Source: Glaucostegus cemiculus (Eukaryota). From it: 64,000 nucleotides of DNA. Within the stretch, counting starts at the first letter, position 1. Each line of letters opens with the position of its first letter. A program made the translations under genes and the position numbers. The notes under the pieces were generated by a model. The model made no database searches and had not been told where the DNA came from. It worked only from the letters and a program-made list of their open reading frames with translations. This document shows, piece by piece, positions 24,715-37,090 of this stretch. The stretch is from the NCBI GenBank assembly GCA_976551045.1, contig CDPCPM010000180.1, positions 8,618,001 through 8,682,000 on the forward strand. Reading direction: 5' to 3'.

Positions 24715-25189
24715 CTGCCAAAGAGTACAATTGTTGGCAATATATCAAAGCCTAATTAAAGATAGAACATTTCCTTTAATACAAAGCCATTACTTGCCAG
24801 ACATTCCATTTTGTAATGCAGTTATTAACCTTTATCAATGTTGACTGGTTAGATTTTGCGCTTCAATGTGACTCCAATGTTATCCAGCCCCAAGTAACAT
24901 TTGACACCAAGCCACCAGAAAACATTAGGGGTGGATGGCCAAAGGTTTGATCAAAGAGGAAGGTGTAAAAGAGTGTGTTGAAGGATTATGAGCAGAATGG
25001 TAATGACTATATCATTAATTTTTATTAGCTGATTGGGTGTTAAATACTGGTGAGGATGTCATGAACATCTTTTATGTCTGCCTGAGAGAAAAGACCAGCT
25101 CTTAATTTAATCTTCATTTGAAAGAGGGTATCCCTGACAGTGCAGCATTTGATCGGCACGTTACAGCCTATATTTTTGGTTCTCAAGCC

Positions 25190-25520
25190 TATAGACTACT
25201 CCCAGTAGAGTAACTGCTCCTTTCTTGTTCCTAACTTCCACCCATATTGACTCTAGAGAGAATCTTCCTGCATTATCCACCCTTCCTGCCGCTGTAATAT
25301 TGTCCCTGACCAGTATCCTGCGCCGCCCCTCCTCCTCTTCTCCCCACCTCTCTATCCCTTTTAAAACACGGAAAACCAGGAATATTCAATATCCATTCCT
25401 GCCCTGATGTCAGCCATGTCTCTGTGATAGCCACAATATTGTAGTCCCATGCACTTATCCAAACTCTCCGTTCATCTCCCTTATTCCTGATGCTTCTTGC
25501 ATTTGAGTAAAATGCACTTT
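25190..25520 (-). mobile_element. CR1 APE endonuclease fragment
   Basis: ORF 25273-25584 contains NARSIRNKGDE...WDYNIVAITETWLTSGQEWILNIPGF, close to the intact CR1 ORF2 N-terminus at ~48990. Confidence 0.85.
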
Positions 25521-25778
25521 GAAGACGTATGGCTTGAAACTCAGACTCAGAGGCAAGAGTGCCACAGCTGACAGCTGACACCATTTGGTCTGCCAGCAGC
25601 TTAAGAACAGGTCAAGCACATTTCATCATCTTATCAAGGCCAGCTCACAAGGCTTGTATCGTGCCCAGAAGTGAAAAGGCAAATGACTTTGGTGGATGGA
25701 CAGAAGAAGGAAACATGTGGGAGGAATGCTACCAACCCCAATTCTGGGTAAATTACCATGAAAGGTAATTTGACCCCA

Positions 25779-26034
25779 TTAAATTTATTTTAAATTTTAT
25801 TTACAGCGTGGTAACAGGCCCTTTCGGCCCAACGAGTCCGCACCACCCATTTTAAACCCCCAAGTTAACCTACCCGTACATTTTTTAGAATGTGGGAGGA
25901 AACTGTAGCACCTGGAGGAAACCCACGCAGACGCGGGAGAACGTACAAACTCCTTACAGTCAGCGACGGGAATCAAACCCCAATCGTTGGCGCTGTAACA
26001 GTGTCACGCTAACCGCTACACTATCATGCCGCCC
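25779..26034 (-). mobile_element. V-SINE (young), CR1-type tail
   Basis: Same family as 19922-20174; lies in the intron between pseudo-exons 13 and 14. Confidence 0.9.
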
Positions 26035-26087
26035 CTTAACTTGTGAAATTTCTTCTCCTTTCTATTAGAAGCAAAACATTGAAATAA

Positions 26088-26166
26088 ATTTTCATGGATC
26101 AGAATTGCCAGACACTCCAAGGGAACATCCATTATCCTGTGTGGATTTCAAGTAGTTGAGTTGGTT
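26088..26166 (-). pseudogene. gad3: GAD pseudo-exon equivalent to GAD1 exon 13 (PLP-binding motif; 79 bp)
   Basis: cag|A-TNSTT*NPHRIMDVPLECLAILIHEN|ttattt versus [26 protein letters not shown]. TGA at 26148-26150, K-to-R at 26136-26138, donor GT replaced by TT. Confidence 0.92.
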
Positions 26167-26253
26167 CTGGTACAGAGAACAGTTCATAATGAAAATGCAA
26201 GCAAAAAGCGTAAGACATATATTTAATTTTATAATTATTTTCATGAGGTTTAC

Positions 26254-26313
26254 CCTTCAGTGCCACTTGTAATGATACTTCTGTGGCTTTAATAGTTCAC
26301 CATCCCAAGCTGC
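26254..26313 (-). pseudogene. gad3: GAD pseudo-exon equivalent to GAD1 exon 12 (60 bp vs expected 65)
   Basis: aacag|AAWDGELLKPQKYHYK(frameshift)SGTEG|gtaaac versus [22 protein letters not shown]; a 5-bp deletion gives TGA at 26257-26259. Confidence 0.88.
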
Positions 26314-27228
26314 CTGTTAAAAGAAATTGCAATAATTACTTTAACATGAAAGGGCAATATGTTTCACACTAAGGGAGCTAAATAAGTTTTATTGATTTCA
26401 AATCACTTAAATGCTCAGAAGGATAAAATAGCAGACAGCTGGAAAGATTGTCATTCTCAAAATGAGTGAATTACGCTATGTGGTGAAATGTATGGTGCTT
26501 GTATTTTGTTAGTTGAATACTAAAAGGCTCTCTGAAATGCATCAATATACTACAAACTACCTCTTCCCTTGTGCTTGTTATTCTTTGATGGTTTAATACT
26601 GGTGTCTGAAAATGAAAACAACCACCACATGGATTGGGGTGTTTATACTGGACAGAATAATTGATGGCATTCGCAATAGAAGTTTGTAGTTTGCAATCCC
26701 TCACTCCTGAGGGGTTGTTTGGGTGACTGACTGGTGGATAGATTTAGAAACTCACCCACAGCAGTGGACCATTTACCCCTCATTATTGTTCAATTGCTAT
26801 GAAATCACCTTCCTGTCCTTACCTGGTCTGACCTTCACGTGATTCCAGATCCACTGCAATGCAGTCGACTAAACTGACCTTTGAAAATAATCCAAAAAGT
26901 TACACATTGCAAGAAAAAAATAATGACTGGTATTAAATACAAGTCTTGCCAGTGACAACCACATCATGTAAATTAATTTGCAAAATATAGATTGGATTTA
27001 ATTGCGACACTCATAAAGAACAATTCACACAATCACACAGGGGAACGACTACGTGGTGGATGGTAGTGGGAAGTTCTGCTAACCCCTGTGGAATTGGTTC
27101 TCACCAGTTTCCATAAGCTTTCCAAGCCTACTGGCTTTTCTCCCCTTGTTTCATATAAACTGTGAGTAGATTATATTATAAATTTCAGACCAATGTGTAT
27201 AATCCACTTGATCTTGACTAATATTTAT

Positions 27229-27347
27229 ATCAACATGTTTCCAAAGACTGTGCTTTTCAGATATATCTACAATGTCATTGAGAGGAGGATTAAAGACTCT
27301 TACGCAGTCGTTCCAGCTGTTGCATTGACATACAAAGGAACAAATCT
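27229..27347 (-). pseudogene. gad3: GAD pseudo-exon equivalent to GAD1 exon 11 (119 bp vs expected 117)
   Basis: ttgcag|[15 protein letters not shown](frameshift)RVFNPPLNDIVDISEKHSLWKHVD|ataaat versus [39 protein letters not shown]. TAA at 27300-27302; donor GT replaced by AT. Confidence 0.93.
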
Positions 27348-28439
27348 CTGCAAGAGAAGCTATTATTGGAATCCAGCTTTCAATTGTTGCCATTGTACTT
27401 TTAAACAATATTAACTATGGGCTACATATTCCACCTTTTCATTTTTAAGTAGGTTTGGGATTGTCATGTATAGATCTATCAGACAAATGAGATAATAAGA
27501 GGATGGAATTGTTACATAGGCTAAGAAAGGCATCCTGCACTCCAAGTATGATGAAAGTAAACAAGTTGAGCTATTTCTGTGAAGCCATTATGTAGAGATG
27601 GAAACCGGGAAGCCATACACCTACTTTACACTTCTATGTAGGAACTGGATATTGCAGAAGAAGAGGCTAAAGCCTAGGGAGCAAACTACACCAATGGGTA
27701 AGATTTTGTTTACATTTTAGAAACATGTTGGTGTGGAGGTAACAGTAATCACACCCCTCCCATCCCATTCCAGACTGACTGCCTATCACCTGCCTCTTCT
27801 CTCCATCCCAGATACCCTTCTGGGATATACCTTCAGGATGCAGGATAAGCTAATAATTTTTTTAATTAGCTGAGCTGCCTATGGAAGCATGTGCCACCTA
27901 CCCGATTAACATCAGTAAAGCCCAAGGCCTCCTGGTTTGGGCAAACATTGCAGCCATCATCCTTAGTCCAAACGTAGAACCCAGTGAAGTTTTACATACA
28001 TCAAGAGGCTGAAACAAGAGATGCTAATTAAATAGTGCTCATTTCCCAAAGGGTTATTACTTTGGAATGCAAATAGCCTTCCAGCCTCAGTCTGGCACTT
28101 TCCACTCTTGCATCCCAAAGGCTGTAAGACGGTTGAGAAGAATGTTAAATTCACACAATAAGAGACACAACTGCAGTGTGGTCGCTGACTGGTTATCTTA
28201 CTATTGTTGGTAAAGTGGAGAAAAATCACATTATTTTGATGCATGTCGCTGAGGTACCTTGGCCCATATTTTCCTGGGGTGCCAAAGTGCCTTCATTGTT
28301 AAGCAGAATTATTGATTAAAGGACAGGATATTCTTCTGGTATCCTGACCAACTTTTTTTCTCATATTATCACCAGAATCATATAAATAAGCCAATGATCT
28401 AGGTGCTGGCGCAGCTGAGCATTAGATTTTAGAGTCTAA

Positions 28440-28735
28440 GATTACAAGAGAGCTGGGCAGGATAAATAGCAGGTGCTATTTCCCATGGCAGAGGGGATAA
28501 TAACTAGTAGATATACGTTTAAAATAATTGATAGAAGGGTTAGGAAACAGTTGAAGAAACAATTTCTCATGCAACGTGTGCTGAGGGATTGGCATTCACT
28601 GCCTGTAAAGGTGGTGGCAGTAGAAATTCTCATCACATTTACAAAATACATCAACAAGCACTTGAAGCAGCTAAACCTACAGGCCAACACATTAATAGGC
28701 AAATGACCTCCTTCTATGCTGTAAAGATCTATGAT
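28440..28735 (+). mobile_element. CR1 3' fragment (old)
   Basis: ORF 28473-28706 reads LFPMAEGIITSRYTFKII...KQFLMQRVLRDWHSLPVKVV, matching the CR1 ORF2 C-terminus. Confidence 0.7.
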
Positions 28736-31277
28736 TTAGTGATTCTATTTTGATTTTATTTTGAAGTTGCAGTTTTTGAGATCTTGATGTGCATAAATTC
28801 ACTACCATGTCAAAATGGTATCTAGACTTCCAATAATTAATTGTATGTGAATTACTTTGAGAAACTTCATAGAGACATGTTGTATAAAGTATAAATACTC
28901 TACTTCCTTTGTTTTTTTCTGAAAGCAAACTATAATCGTTATGATCTTTCTTTACTTGTTTTATGTTGTGGTGGACTGTGCCAGCACTTGTTAAGTTATG
29001 ATTACCATGTTGAATTTGTGATGCCAGCTTGGGTTTAAAGTTAGTTCTCAAAGACTTAGTTGATTATCTATTTTTTTTGTACTCATGAATTATAAAGCAG
29101 GTACAATATTGGAGTAATGTCAACAATACTTTGTTCAAGTGAGATTAAAACTGAGTTCCAATGGCTTCACTTGTACGAATGCATGGGGAAGAATTTGATG
29201 CATACTTTGTGGGATTTATATTAGAACAGGAAAAAAACAAGAAGAAGAAGCAGGAGCAGGGGAGCAAGAGCTATGGCCTTGTAAACCAACTCTGCTATTC
29301 AATAAGATCGTGACCGATCATGTTCCTCAAATCCACCCTCCTGCCCAATCATCATATTTCCTATCCCCTTAGTAACCAAAGGGAAATCCTTTTGACCAAT
29401 GTCCAAAGCTTCTACTCACTGGACAGCTCTCCAGTTAGTCCCACCTCTCTACAATTGATAATTGGACCATAATTTGTCCACTTTCCTCTACTTGAAAGCA
29501 AGATCTTAGAGCACAGTAAATATGCAAGGCCTGTTCTTTTGCACAAAATAACTTGGGTCTCAAGAGCAAAAGAATTCTGAATTGTTGGGGGCCCCTTGAC
29601 AAAAGAATACTTGTTGGCCTACAGCACACGGTTTATTTAGTTTTCCTGGCACCAGAAAATTCCCAGGCCTAATTGATTTTGCTGAATAATAGAGTCTCAA
29701 CTGTGAGCCCAATTATACACCCACTTCCACCTCTTTGGTTGACACAATGTTGTCAATATCAATTCTGTTTCTATCATTAGGGAGTCCCACTAGTGGACTT
29801 CTCAATCCCTACAGTCAGGAGAGAACCATTATCTTTTGTCCAATGCAACATGCATTGTAATATCTCTCTCAGAATCAGGTGCATTCACCTGTCATTACTG
29901 AAGACAGATTGATGAACTTTCTTGGGTAACAAAGCATTATTGTAAACCAAAACAGCATTATTTTAAAACAAAATATAGAGATTGGAAGAACAGAACTTAC
30001 ACATTAATTAGTTCCCTATTACTTCTCGATTTATGTGCAACAACATAAGTCCAAGGCATTCTTGATTCTTAGTGAAAATCAATTCTCAAGGTAGCTGTTC
30101 CTAATCTAACCAGCTCCATTGTCTCTAGTAAAGTGTGTGCATTCATGTGCCCAGCCAAGAGTCTTTGCCTGCCCCGGGAGTGAAAGAAAGATCCATTTTT
30201 CTTCCTTGAGCTTGCATACCAATGAAAGCCTTTTTGGTTTTGACAGTCCATAAGGAGTCTTCCACTGACTGAGCAAAAACAAAATAAAAATCATTTCTGT
30301 TGATGATTGAAGATGTTTGTTTCTCAATGTTGTAAGTACTTATCTAATGACTCTTGGGGCTTCCCATTCATTTAGAAGCTGCAGGAACACTGAAAGATAA
30401 GCAGTACCTTGGCTTGATGCCATCCCATCACTAGCCATGAAATGTTAGGGATAGGATGCAGTGGATTGCAATGGTTTCATTTTTAACAACTCCCAGTCTG
30501 GAATGCAAGTCCACTGGCTTTGTGAGTTAACCTCTTAAAGGATGAAAATAACATTACAGCAAACCACATCATTAGCCATAAAGTCCCAAAAGTATAACAG
30601 GATCAACAAAAGGAAATAGTAAAAAAAATGTCAGTCAAAAAGGAATAAAAAAAACTGCATTTGCAGAAGAGATGACACTCAAATTAAGCTGGAAATGCAA
30701 AAATATTCTATCACTCCCAAAGAGAAAGCAAAAGGATCGATACCCATCCATCAGCTCTGCCTTGGTTTCTTACATTATTCCCTCTAAGTATAAACTTTCC
30801 TTCCAGAACTGGAACATAAAGTCTAGACTGATGCTCCGATGGAATACTAAAGGAGCACTGTACTGCTGGGAAGATTACAAAATCAGCCATGGCTGAATGG
30901 CGGAGCAGACTCAATGGGCTGAGCAGCCTAATTCTGCTCCTATATTTTACGGCCTTATGGTCTATGGATGACAAAAAGGCTGAGTGGTCCTTCTGCAATT
31001 CATTGCTTTCAAGGGGTTTTACACCATAAAATATTCACTTCTCAAAGCCTGGGAATCTAATCAACCTGTTCTACACTTGGATAACATCCATACTAATTTT
31101 CAATACTTTCGTATGGAAAAAGCCTGTGAGAAGAATCTGTCACCAGAGGAAAAAGATACGGGGTGTTACTAATTAACCAGTATTCAATTAGACATAGTCA
31201 ATAAGGATTAAGTTTTTTCTCTCTTTGTATGTTTTTATTGCATAATGATACACTTTGATACATTTTAGGGAAGGAAT

Positions 31278-31602
31278 TAGAAACCATAGAACGATACAGC
31301 ACAATACAGGCCCTTCGGCCCACCATGTTGTGCCTTCCATCAAACCTCACACTATCTAACTCTTTCCTCCCACATATCCCTCTATCCCGCATTCCTCCAT
31401 ATGCCTATCCAACAACCTCTTGAACCTGTCCAACGTATCTGCCTCCACCACCACCCCAGGCAGCACATTCCATGCACCAACCACTCTCTGGATGAAAAAC
31501 CTCCTCTGACATCTCCCCTGAACTTTCCACCCAATATCTTAAAGCCATGCCCTCTTGTACTGAGCATCGGTGCCCTGGGAAATAGGCGCTGGCTGTCTAC
31601 TC
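31278..31602 (-). mobile_element. 5'-truncated CR1 copy related to the full-length element at 46123-50698
   Basis: LSTRGHGFKILGGKFRGDVRGGF and 3' UTR closely match 46123-46445. Confidence 0.9.
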
Positions 31603-32620
31603 TACGTGGAATTACGTGGAAAATTTCTGGTTGCCATTTTTATGGCACGTTAAAATAAATAATATTTTGCTTTAAAATCTCTTTGCCGATTGGATAATAA
31701 CATATTCCCATATCACAGTCTGGGATGTGTGTCTATTTTTCCATTATAAGGATTTGGATGCAAGCTTTGTCCTAATGCTTAGTTTTTAGAAATATTTGCC
31801 CAAAGTCTCTTAACTTCAGTAGGCAGCTGAATGAGAAAACAGAACACTTGATAGCCATCTCTAGTTATTCAGAAAGATTCCTCAGAGATTGATGTTATTC
31901 CATATGGCAGCAAAAGGCTGCAAAAGGAATGATATTCCTTTGGCAGAAGGAATAAAGGCTAAAGGCGTAGACTATGTTCCAAATGGGAGTGAATTCAGAA
32001 ATCAGAGGTGCAAAGGGACTTGGGAGTCCTAGTTCAAGATCGCAGGATTCACTAAAGGTTAACTTGCAGGTTGAGTCAGTAGTAAGGAAGACAAGTGCAA
32101 TGTTAGTATTCATTTAGAGAGGACAAGAATGTAAAAGCAAGGATGTAATGCTGAGGCTTTATAAGGCATTGGTCAGACCACATTTGTAGTATTGTGAGCA
32201 GTTTTGGGCCACATATATAAGGAAGGATATGCTGGCGGTGGAGAGGCTGCAGAGGAGGTTTGCAAGAATGATCCCAGGGATGAAAGGGTTAATGTATGAG
32301 GAGCATTTGATGGCTCTGGGCCTACACTCACTGGAGTTTAGAAGGATGAGGGGGAATCTCATTGAAACCTATGGAATATTGAAAGGCCTGGATACAGTGG
32401 ACATGGAGAGGATATTTCCAGTACTGGGAGAGTCTAGGACCAGAGGGCACAGCCTCAGAATAGAAGGACGTCCCTTTAGAACTGAAATGAGGAGGAATTT
32501 CTTTAGCCAGAGGGTGGAGTTCATTGCCACAGGCGGCTGTGGAGGCCAAGTCATTGGGTACATTTAAAGCGGAATTTTACAGGTTCTTGATTAGGAAGGG
32601 CATCAAAGGCTATGGGGAGA

Positions 32621-35600
32621 ATCAGAATCAGAATCAGAATCAGTTTTTATTGTCACAACCATATACATACATAGTATGCATAGGAGCGAGATACCGTCCT
32701 CCTCAGGTGCTCGTCCCATTAAATAACATAACAACTAACAGAGACACACATACACACTTGACAGAATAAACATTACAAAACATTAGACATTAAAAGCTAC
32801 GGAAGTTAAAATTAAATTAGTACGCAGATTAAATTAAAAATGGCCAGTAAATAAATAAATAGTTATTAAAGTGAACGGACTGGTGTCGGGCATTTAAAGT
32901 GCTGGTGCATTTCTGTGCACCTAGCATCTCTTAGTGTTAACAAAGGAAGATGGAGGGATGAGAGAGTTTGCAGTTCTGATGGCTTGCGGAAAGAAGCTAT
33001 TGTTCAGCCTGGTCGTTCTTGCCCTGACACATTTAAGCCTCCTCCCTGATGGCAAAATTGTAAAGAGGTGGTGGGAGGGGTGAGAAGGGTCGGCCATTAT
33101 GCTTTTGGTCTTCCTCACACAACGGTCTTTGTATATGTCTGCGAGGGATGGAAGCGAGACACCTATGATCCACTCTGCAGCCCTAACTATCTTCTGGAGG
33201 GACTTCCGCCCAGCAGCTGAGCAGCTTCCAAACCAAACAGTGATACATTGAGTTAGGATGCTCTCAATGGTCCCCCTATAGAAGGTTTTCATGACGGAGG
33301 GATGGGGGTACGCTTTCCTCAGTCTCTGCAGGAAGTAGAGGCGTTTCTGAGCTTTCTTCGTGAGGGCCGTAATGTTAGTGGACCAGGTCAGGTCGTCGGT
33401 GATGTGCACCCCCAGGAACTTGGTGCTGCGTACTTGTTCCACAGCAGACCCGTTGATGGTCAGTGGGGCGTGCACACGGTGACCCCTCCTAAAATCCACT
33501 ATTATCTCCTTGGTTTTATCCACATTCAAGGAGAGGTTGTTGTCATGGCACCACACGGCTAGTTGTTTCACCTCCTCTCTGTAGTCCGACTCATCGTCAT
33601 TCGTGACAAGACCCACCACTGTCGTGTCATCGGCAAATTTAACAATGCGGTTGGAGCTGGATCTGGCCTCACAGTCGTGAGTCAACAAGGTGAACAGGAG
33701 CGGACTGAGCACACAACCCTGTGGGGAGCCAGTGCTCAGTGTGATGGTGTTTGAGGTGTTTTCACCAATTTTGACTGACTGCGGCCTGCAAGTTAGAAAA
33801 TCCAGTATCCAGTTGCAGAGAGGAGAGTTAATGCCCAGAGCGCTCAACTTCCTGATTAGCTGTTGCGGGATGATGGTATTGAAAGCGGAGCTGAAGTCGA
33901 TGAATAGCAGCCGGCAGTATGAGTCCTTCTTCTCTAAGTGATATAGTGCAGAGTGCATGGCAGAGAAGACTGCATCATTGGTGGATCTGTTTGCCCGATA
34001 AGCATACTGATGAGGATCCAAGGATGAGGGGAGGGAGGCTCTAATGTGCTTCATAACTAGCCTCTCAAAGCATTTCATGACAATCGGTGTTAGAGCTATG
34101 GGACGGTAGTCATTCAGACACATTGGAGGTGACTTCTTAGGAACAGGTATGATGGTGGTAGATTTTAGGCACTTAGGAACAACAGCCTGCTGTAGGGAGA
34201 TGTTGAAGATGTCAGCCAGTACATCTTTAAGCTGGTCCGCACAGTCCCTAAGTATCCGCCCCGGTATGTTATCCGGTCCCGCAGCCTTTCGAGGGTTAAC
34301 CTGTAAAAGGGCTTTCCCCACACTGGTTGGGGTGAGTCTCAAAGCCTGTTCTTTTGGCGAAGGCTGGGCTTTTGAGGCAGGTGTATTGTTCATAGCCTCA
34401 AACCTTGCATAAAATTCATTCAACTGGTCTGGTAGTGATGAGTCACCATCACAAACCTGGGGTGGAGCTTTGTAGTCAGTGATGACCTGGATTCCCTTCC
34501 ACAGGCGCCTCGCATCCCTGTCGTTGGTGAAATTATTATTTATATTTTCTGCGTATTGTCGTTTTGCCTTTTTAATACCCCAAGACAGATCTTTCCTTGC
34601 AGACTTCAGAGCTTCCTCATCCCTCGCCCTGAAAGCTGCATCTCTGGTACGTAGCAGACAGCGAACCTCCCCAGTCATCCAGGGCTTCTGATTTGCCCTC
34701 ACTGTAATCACTTTGTCCACAGTTACATCTTCAGTGCACTTTCTGATGTAGCATAGTACAGAGTCTGTATACTCTTGGATATCAATGTGGTTGTCCTGAG
34801 TGGCTGCCTCTTTGAAGGTGTTCCAGTCTGTAGTTTCCAGGCAATCCTGTAGGGCTAAGACTTTTCCTTCAGGCCAAACCCGAGTCAGTATCTTGACTGG
34901 TTTGTCCAGTTTCACCCCAGGTCTATATGCAGGCTTCAGCAGAATGGAGATGTGATCCGATGAGCCCAGGTGAGGGAGGGGGGATACTCTGTATGCCTCC
35001 TTCACACTGGTGTAAACCTTATCCAGTGTATTATTCTCTCTGGTCGCAAAGTTTATGTGTTGGTGAAACTTAGGCAGGACTGCCTTTAGATCTGTGTGGT
35101 TGAATTCCCCCAATACGATGAAGAATGCATCAGGATGAGCGGTCTGTTGTTTACTGATGGCATCATATAATTCGTTCAGTGTCTCTCTAGCATTGGCACT
35201 GGGAGGGATGTACACCATCCCCATTATAATACTTGTGAAGTCCCTTGGCAGATAGTATGGCCGACACTTTAAGAACAGAGACTCCACTATAGCTGAGCAA
35301 TGCTTATAGACAACCACAGCATCCTGGCACCATGCCTTGTTGATGTATACACAGAGACCACCCCCTCGCGTTTTGCCAGAAAGTGATGCTGTCCTGTCAG
35401 CTCTGTGAAGGGAGAGGCCGTCCAACTGTATGGCTGTGTCCGGAATGTTCTCGTTCAGCCACGTCTCTGTAAAAACCAGGGCACAGCAATCCCTCACCTC
35501 CCGCCGAGTAGTCCTCTGTAATCTCAGCTGGTCCAGTTGCTTGTGCAGTGAGCGGATATTTGCCAACAGAATAGATGGTACAGCCGATCGATGAGGGTTA

Positions 35601-35903
35601 GCCTTCAGCCTAACCCCGATGCCCCCACGCTTGCCACGCTTCCGGGCTCTCTCGCACCACCTCCGGCGCCTTCTCCCTACCTCCTTAGACACTGACGAGT
35701 CCAAGGTCTGTGCTGGACAACGCCAAAGCCCAAGCAGCCTTAACAGTTCCACAGGGACACCTCTGTTACAGGTCTTCCAATGAATCACTGATCTTCCCAC
35801 ATTCATCAAAAACTGTCGACTGTACCTCAGCCCTGAAGTTCCACAGTCAGCCAGCCCGGTTGTTCCGCTTTGGTACCCACGACCCCGGACACCTCCTTGT
35901 CCG
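32621..35903 (-). mobile_element. Rex1/Babar-clade LINE, near full-length, young
   Basis: Single long APE+RT ORF, 3' UTR ending gtgacaataaaaa followed by a (GATTCT)n tail; inserted in a CR1 3' UTR. Confidence 0.93.
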
Positions 35904-35947
35904 GAAGGCAGGAGAATAAGGTTGAGAGGGAAAAATAAATCAGCCAT
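32921..35947 (-). CDS. Rex1/Babar APE endonuclease-reverse transcriptase ORF (1008 aa as called; first ~15 aa derive from flanking CR1)
   Basis: Motifs [25 protein letters not shown] (normally GDFN), LDKVY, SDH; RT motifs [47 protein letters not shown]. No stops. Confidence 0.9.
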   Translation of the reverse strand: MADLFFPLNLILLPSGQGGVRGRGYQSGTTGLADCGTSGLRYSRQFLMNVGRSVIHWKTCNRGVPVELLRLLGLWRCPAQTLDSSVSKEVGRRRRRWCERARKRGKRGGIGVRLKANPHRSAVPSILLANIRSLHKQLDQLRLQRTTRREVRDCCALVFTETWLNENIPDTAIQLDGLSLHRADRTASLSGKTRGGGLCVYINKAWCQDAVVVYKHCSAIVESLFLKCRPYYLPRDFTSIIMGMVYIPPSANARETLNELYDAISKQQTAHPDAFFIVLGEFNHTDLKAVLPKFHQHINFATRENNTLDKVYTSVKEAYRVSPLPHLGSSDHISILLKPAYRPGVKLDKPVKILTRVWPEGKVLALQDCLETTDWNTFKEAATQDNHIDIQEYTDSVLCYIRKCTEDVTVDKVITVRANQKPWMTGEVRCLLRTRDAAFRARDEEALKSARKDLSWGIKKAKRQYAENINNNFTNDRDARRLWKGIQVITDYKAPPQVCDGDSSLPDQLNEFYARFEAMNNTPASKAQPSPKEQALRLTPTSVGKALLQVNPRKAAGPDNIPGRILRDCADQLKDVLADIFNISLQQAVVPKCLKSTTIIPVPKKSPPMCLNDYRPIALTPIVMKCFERLVMKHIRASLPSSLDPHQYAYRANRSTNDAVFSAMHSALYHLEKKDSYCRLLFIDFSSAFNTIIPQQLIRKLSALGINSPLCNWILDFLTCRPQSVKIGENTSNTITLSTGSPQGCVLSPLLFTLLTHDCEARSSSNRIVKFADDTTVVGLVTNDDESDYREEVKQLAVWCHDNNLSLNVDKTKEIIVDFRRGHRVHAPLTINGSAVEQVRSTKFLGVHITDDLTWSTNITALTKKAQKRLYFLQRLRKAYPHPSVMKTFYRGTIESILTQCITVWFGSCSAAGRKSLQKIVRAAEWIIGVSLPSLADIYKDRCVRKTKSIMADPSHPSHHLFTILPSGRRLKCVRARTTRLNNSFFPQAIRTANSLIPPSSFVNTKRC

Positions 35948-36977
35948 GATTGAATGGTAGAACAGACTTGATGGGTCGAATGGCCTAATTCTGCTCCTAT
36001 GTTTTATGGAAATACTGCTTCAAACAGGGTACAAAGGGATTGTGCTTTTTATAGGAATCTGGCGATCTGCTGGAGTGCTCTTTTTTATGATTCTCACAAT
36101 TATTTGTGAACAGCAATTACACTATTTCTATCAATAAATTGTTATGATTCTCATTGTTCTGTTGGTATTTTCTCAGCTTTGGAATGAGAAAGCTTAACAA
36201 CAGAATCAAATAAACTGGGAGGAATTTGGTCTGGATTACAAGAATATTTTATTTAAAGTCTTGTGTTGTTCTATTGCTTATGTACATATATAATGCTGTG
36301 AGACTTAACCAGTATAATAAAAAATAAGGTCTTAAGCTGCTTAAGAAAGCAGCACACGTGTGCTTATGTAGATATGTAACATAGTCTTAAATTTGATTCT
36401 TATTCTTACATTGAAAGTGGGCATTGTTGCAAAGGACAGCATTGAATGTCCACCTCTAATTTCCCTTGAGAAGTGGATGTGAGCTGCCTTCCTGAATTGC
36501 TGCTGTTCTTGGGTTGAAGGTATTCCCACAGTACAGTTGTTAGAATCTTCTTGACACAATAATGATATATTTTTAAACAGCATGCTGCCTGACTTTGAGG
36601 GGAACACGGGTGGTTTTCCTAAGTGCCTCTATAGATCCAGAAAAAGAATAGCTGGCGTTCTAATCTGGTTATTGCTAATGGGGAAAGTTATGTAAAGTAT
36701 TGTTGATAAAATGAATTGTAATAATACTAGTCCCATATTAATGTCATGGGCCTGTCACACAATGCGATTGGTCTAAAATAGTATAATAAAAATTTGATTC
36801 ACAGTTCAGCTGCCCAATAATTCATTGGAAAACAATTAAATGTGATTAGACATGTGCAATTTTTTCAGACAAAGATTGTAAATCCCTGTGGAATAATGGC
36901 TATGTAAGCACTTTGGCATTGCACCGGAAACATCCCTGTAACAGTTGTAGCTATTGATGTGTTTTTGCCAGACTTAC

Positions 36978-37090
36978 CAGGTGAAAAAATGCCATCTGTT
37001 TCATCAGATGACCATTCAACCATTGTCGACAATTTCTTCAAAATGATTTCTTCCATGATGGTCAAAACAGGAACTATTTCATTTGTGAAC
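36978..37090 (-). pseudogene. gad3: GAD pseudo-exon equivalent to GAD1 exon 7 (113 bp, open, splice sites intact)
   Basis: tttcaaag|[39 protein letters not shown]|gtaagt versus [38 protein letters not shown]. Confidence 0.93.

Larger units (their letters stand above)
31990..36010 (+). mobile_element. CR1 3' fragment split by the Rex1 insertion (pieces 31990-32620 and 35904-36010)
   Basis: ERLQRRFARMIPGMKGL...RTRGHSLRIEG...; tatggggaga|aggcaggagaataaggttgag rejoins like the uninterrupted copy at 1488-1530. Confidence 0.88.

Noticed and set aside
33302-34691. Plus-strand ORFs within the Rex1 (and similarly 46249-50273 within the CR1)
   Set aside because: Antisense shadows of the real minus-strand LINE ORFs.
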